From assembly GCA_965203055.1 (NCBI GenBank), contig OZ241863.1, forward strand, positions 3,456,001-3,520,000: 64,000 bases of DNA, given 5' to 3'. The notes under the pieces are model-generated. The model was given only the letters and a program-made list of their open reading frames with translations. It searched no databases and had not been told where the DNA came from. The translations under genes and the position numbers were made by a program. This DNA is from Spirochaetia bacterium. Its GTDB lineage: Bacteria > Spirochaetota > Spirochaetia > SZUA-6 > Bin103. This document shows, piece after piece, positions 62,184 to 64,000 of this stretch; the stretch's first letter is position 1, and every line of letters begins with the position of its first letter.

Positions 62184-64000
<1,817 letters not shown>

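Overview
This is a GC-rich chromosomal segment of a bacterium whose 16S rRNA carries Spirochaetota-type sequences (TCTTAAGCATGCAAGTC, GCAGCTAAGAAT); gene content (Orn-type MurE motif, FemX, stand-alone groEL, cysS-ECF sigma cluster) fits that. It is mostly core genome: hflX (partial), argH, cimA, panB-panC-coaX-coaBC, a brxA-ccs-tat operon, uppS, fucI, a PHP gene plus RhaB-like kinase, queF-yhhQ, a full 16S-tRNA(Ala)-23S-5S operon, thrS, secDF-yajC, groEL, birA, 2-oxoacid dehydrogenase E1a/E1b/E2, tRNA-Cys, ECF/anti-sigma, cysS, murD, femX, hflKC, murE and eno (partial). I see no CRISPR array, prophage, transposase or recognisable defence system. The best leads are: (1) TANNNT boxes 6-7 nt before start codons at about 7 genes, suggesting widespread leaderless mRNAs; (2) a perfect 22-bp AT-rich palindrome over the -35 of a DUF2089/DUF4097 operon; (3) one protein with two complete CDP-alcohol phosphotransferase domains; (4) a bacilliredoxin + cytochrome c System II + Tat operon with a possible CTG start; (5) an ATP-cone/uridine-kinase fusion behind a TGS-less ThrRS; (6) a terminator hairpin in the cimA leader. 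All product calls come from motif recognition by eye, with no database searches.
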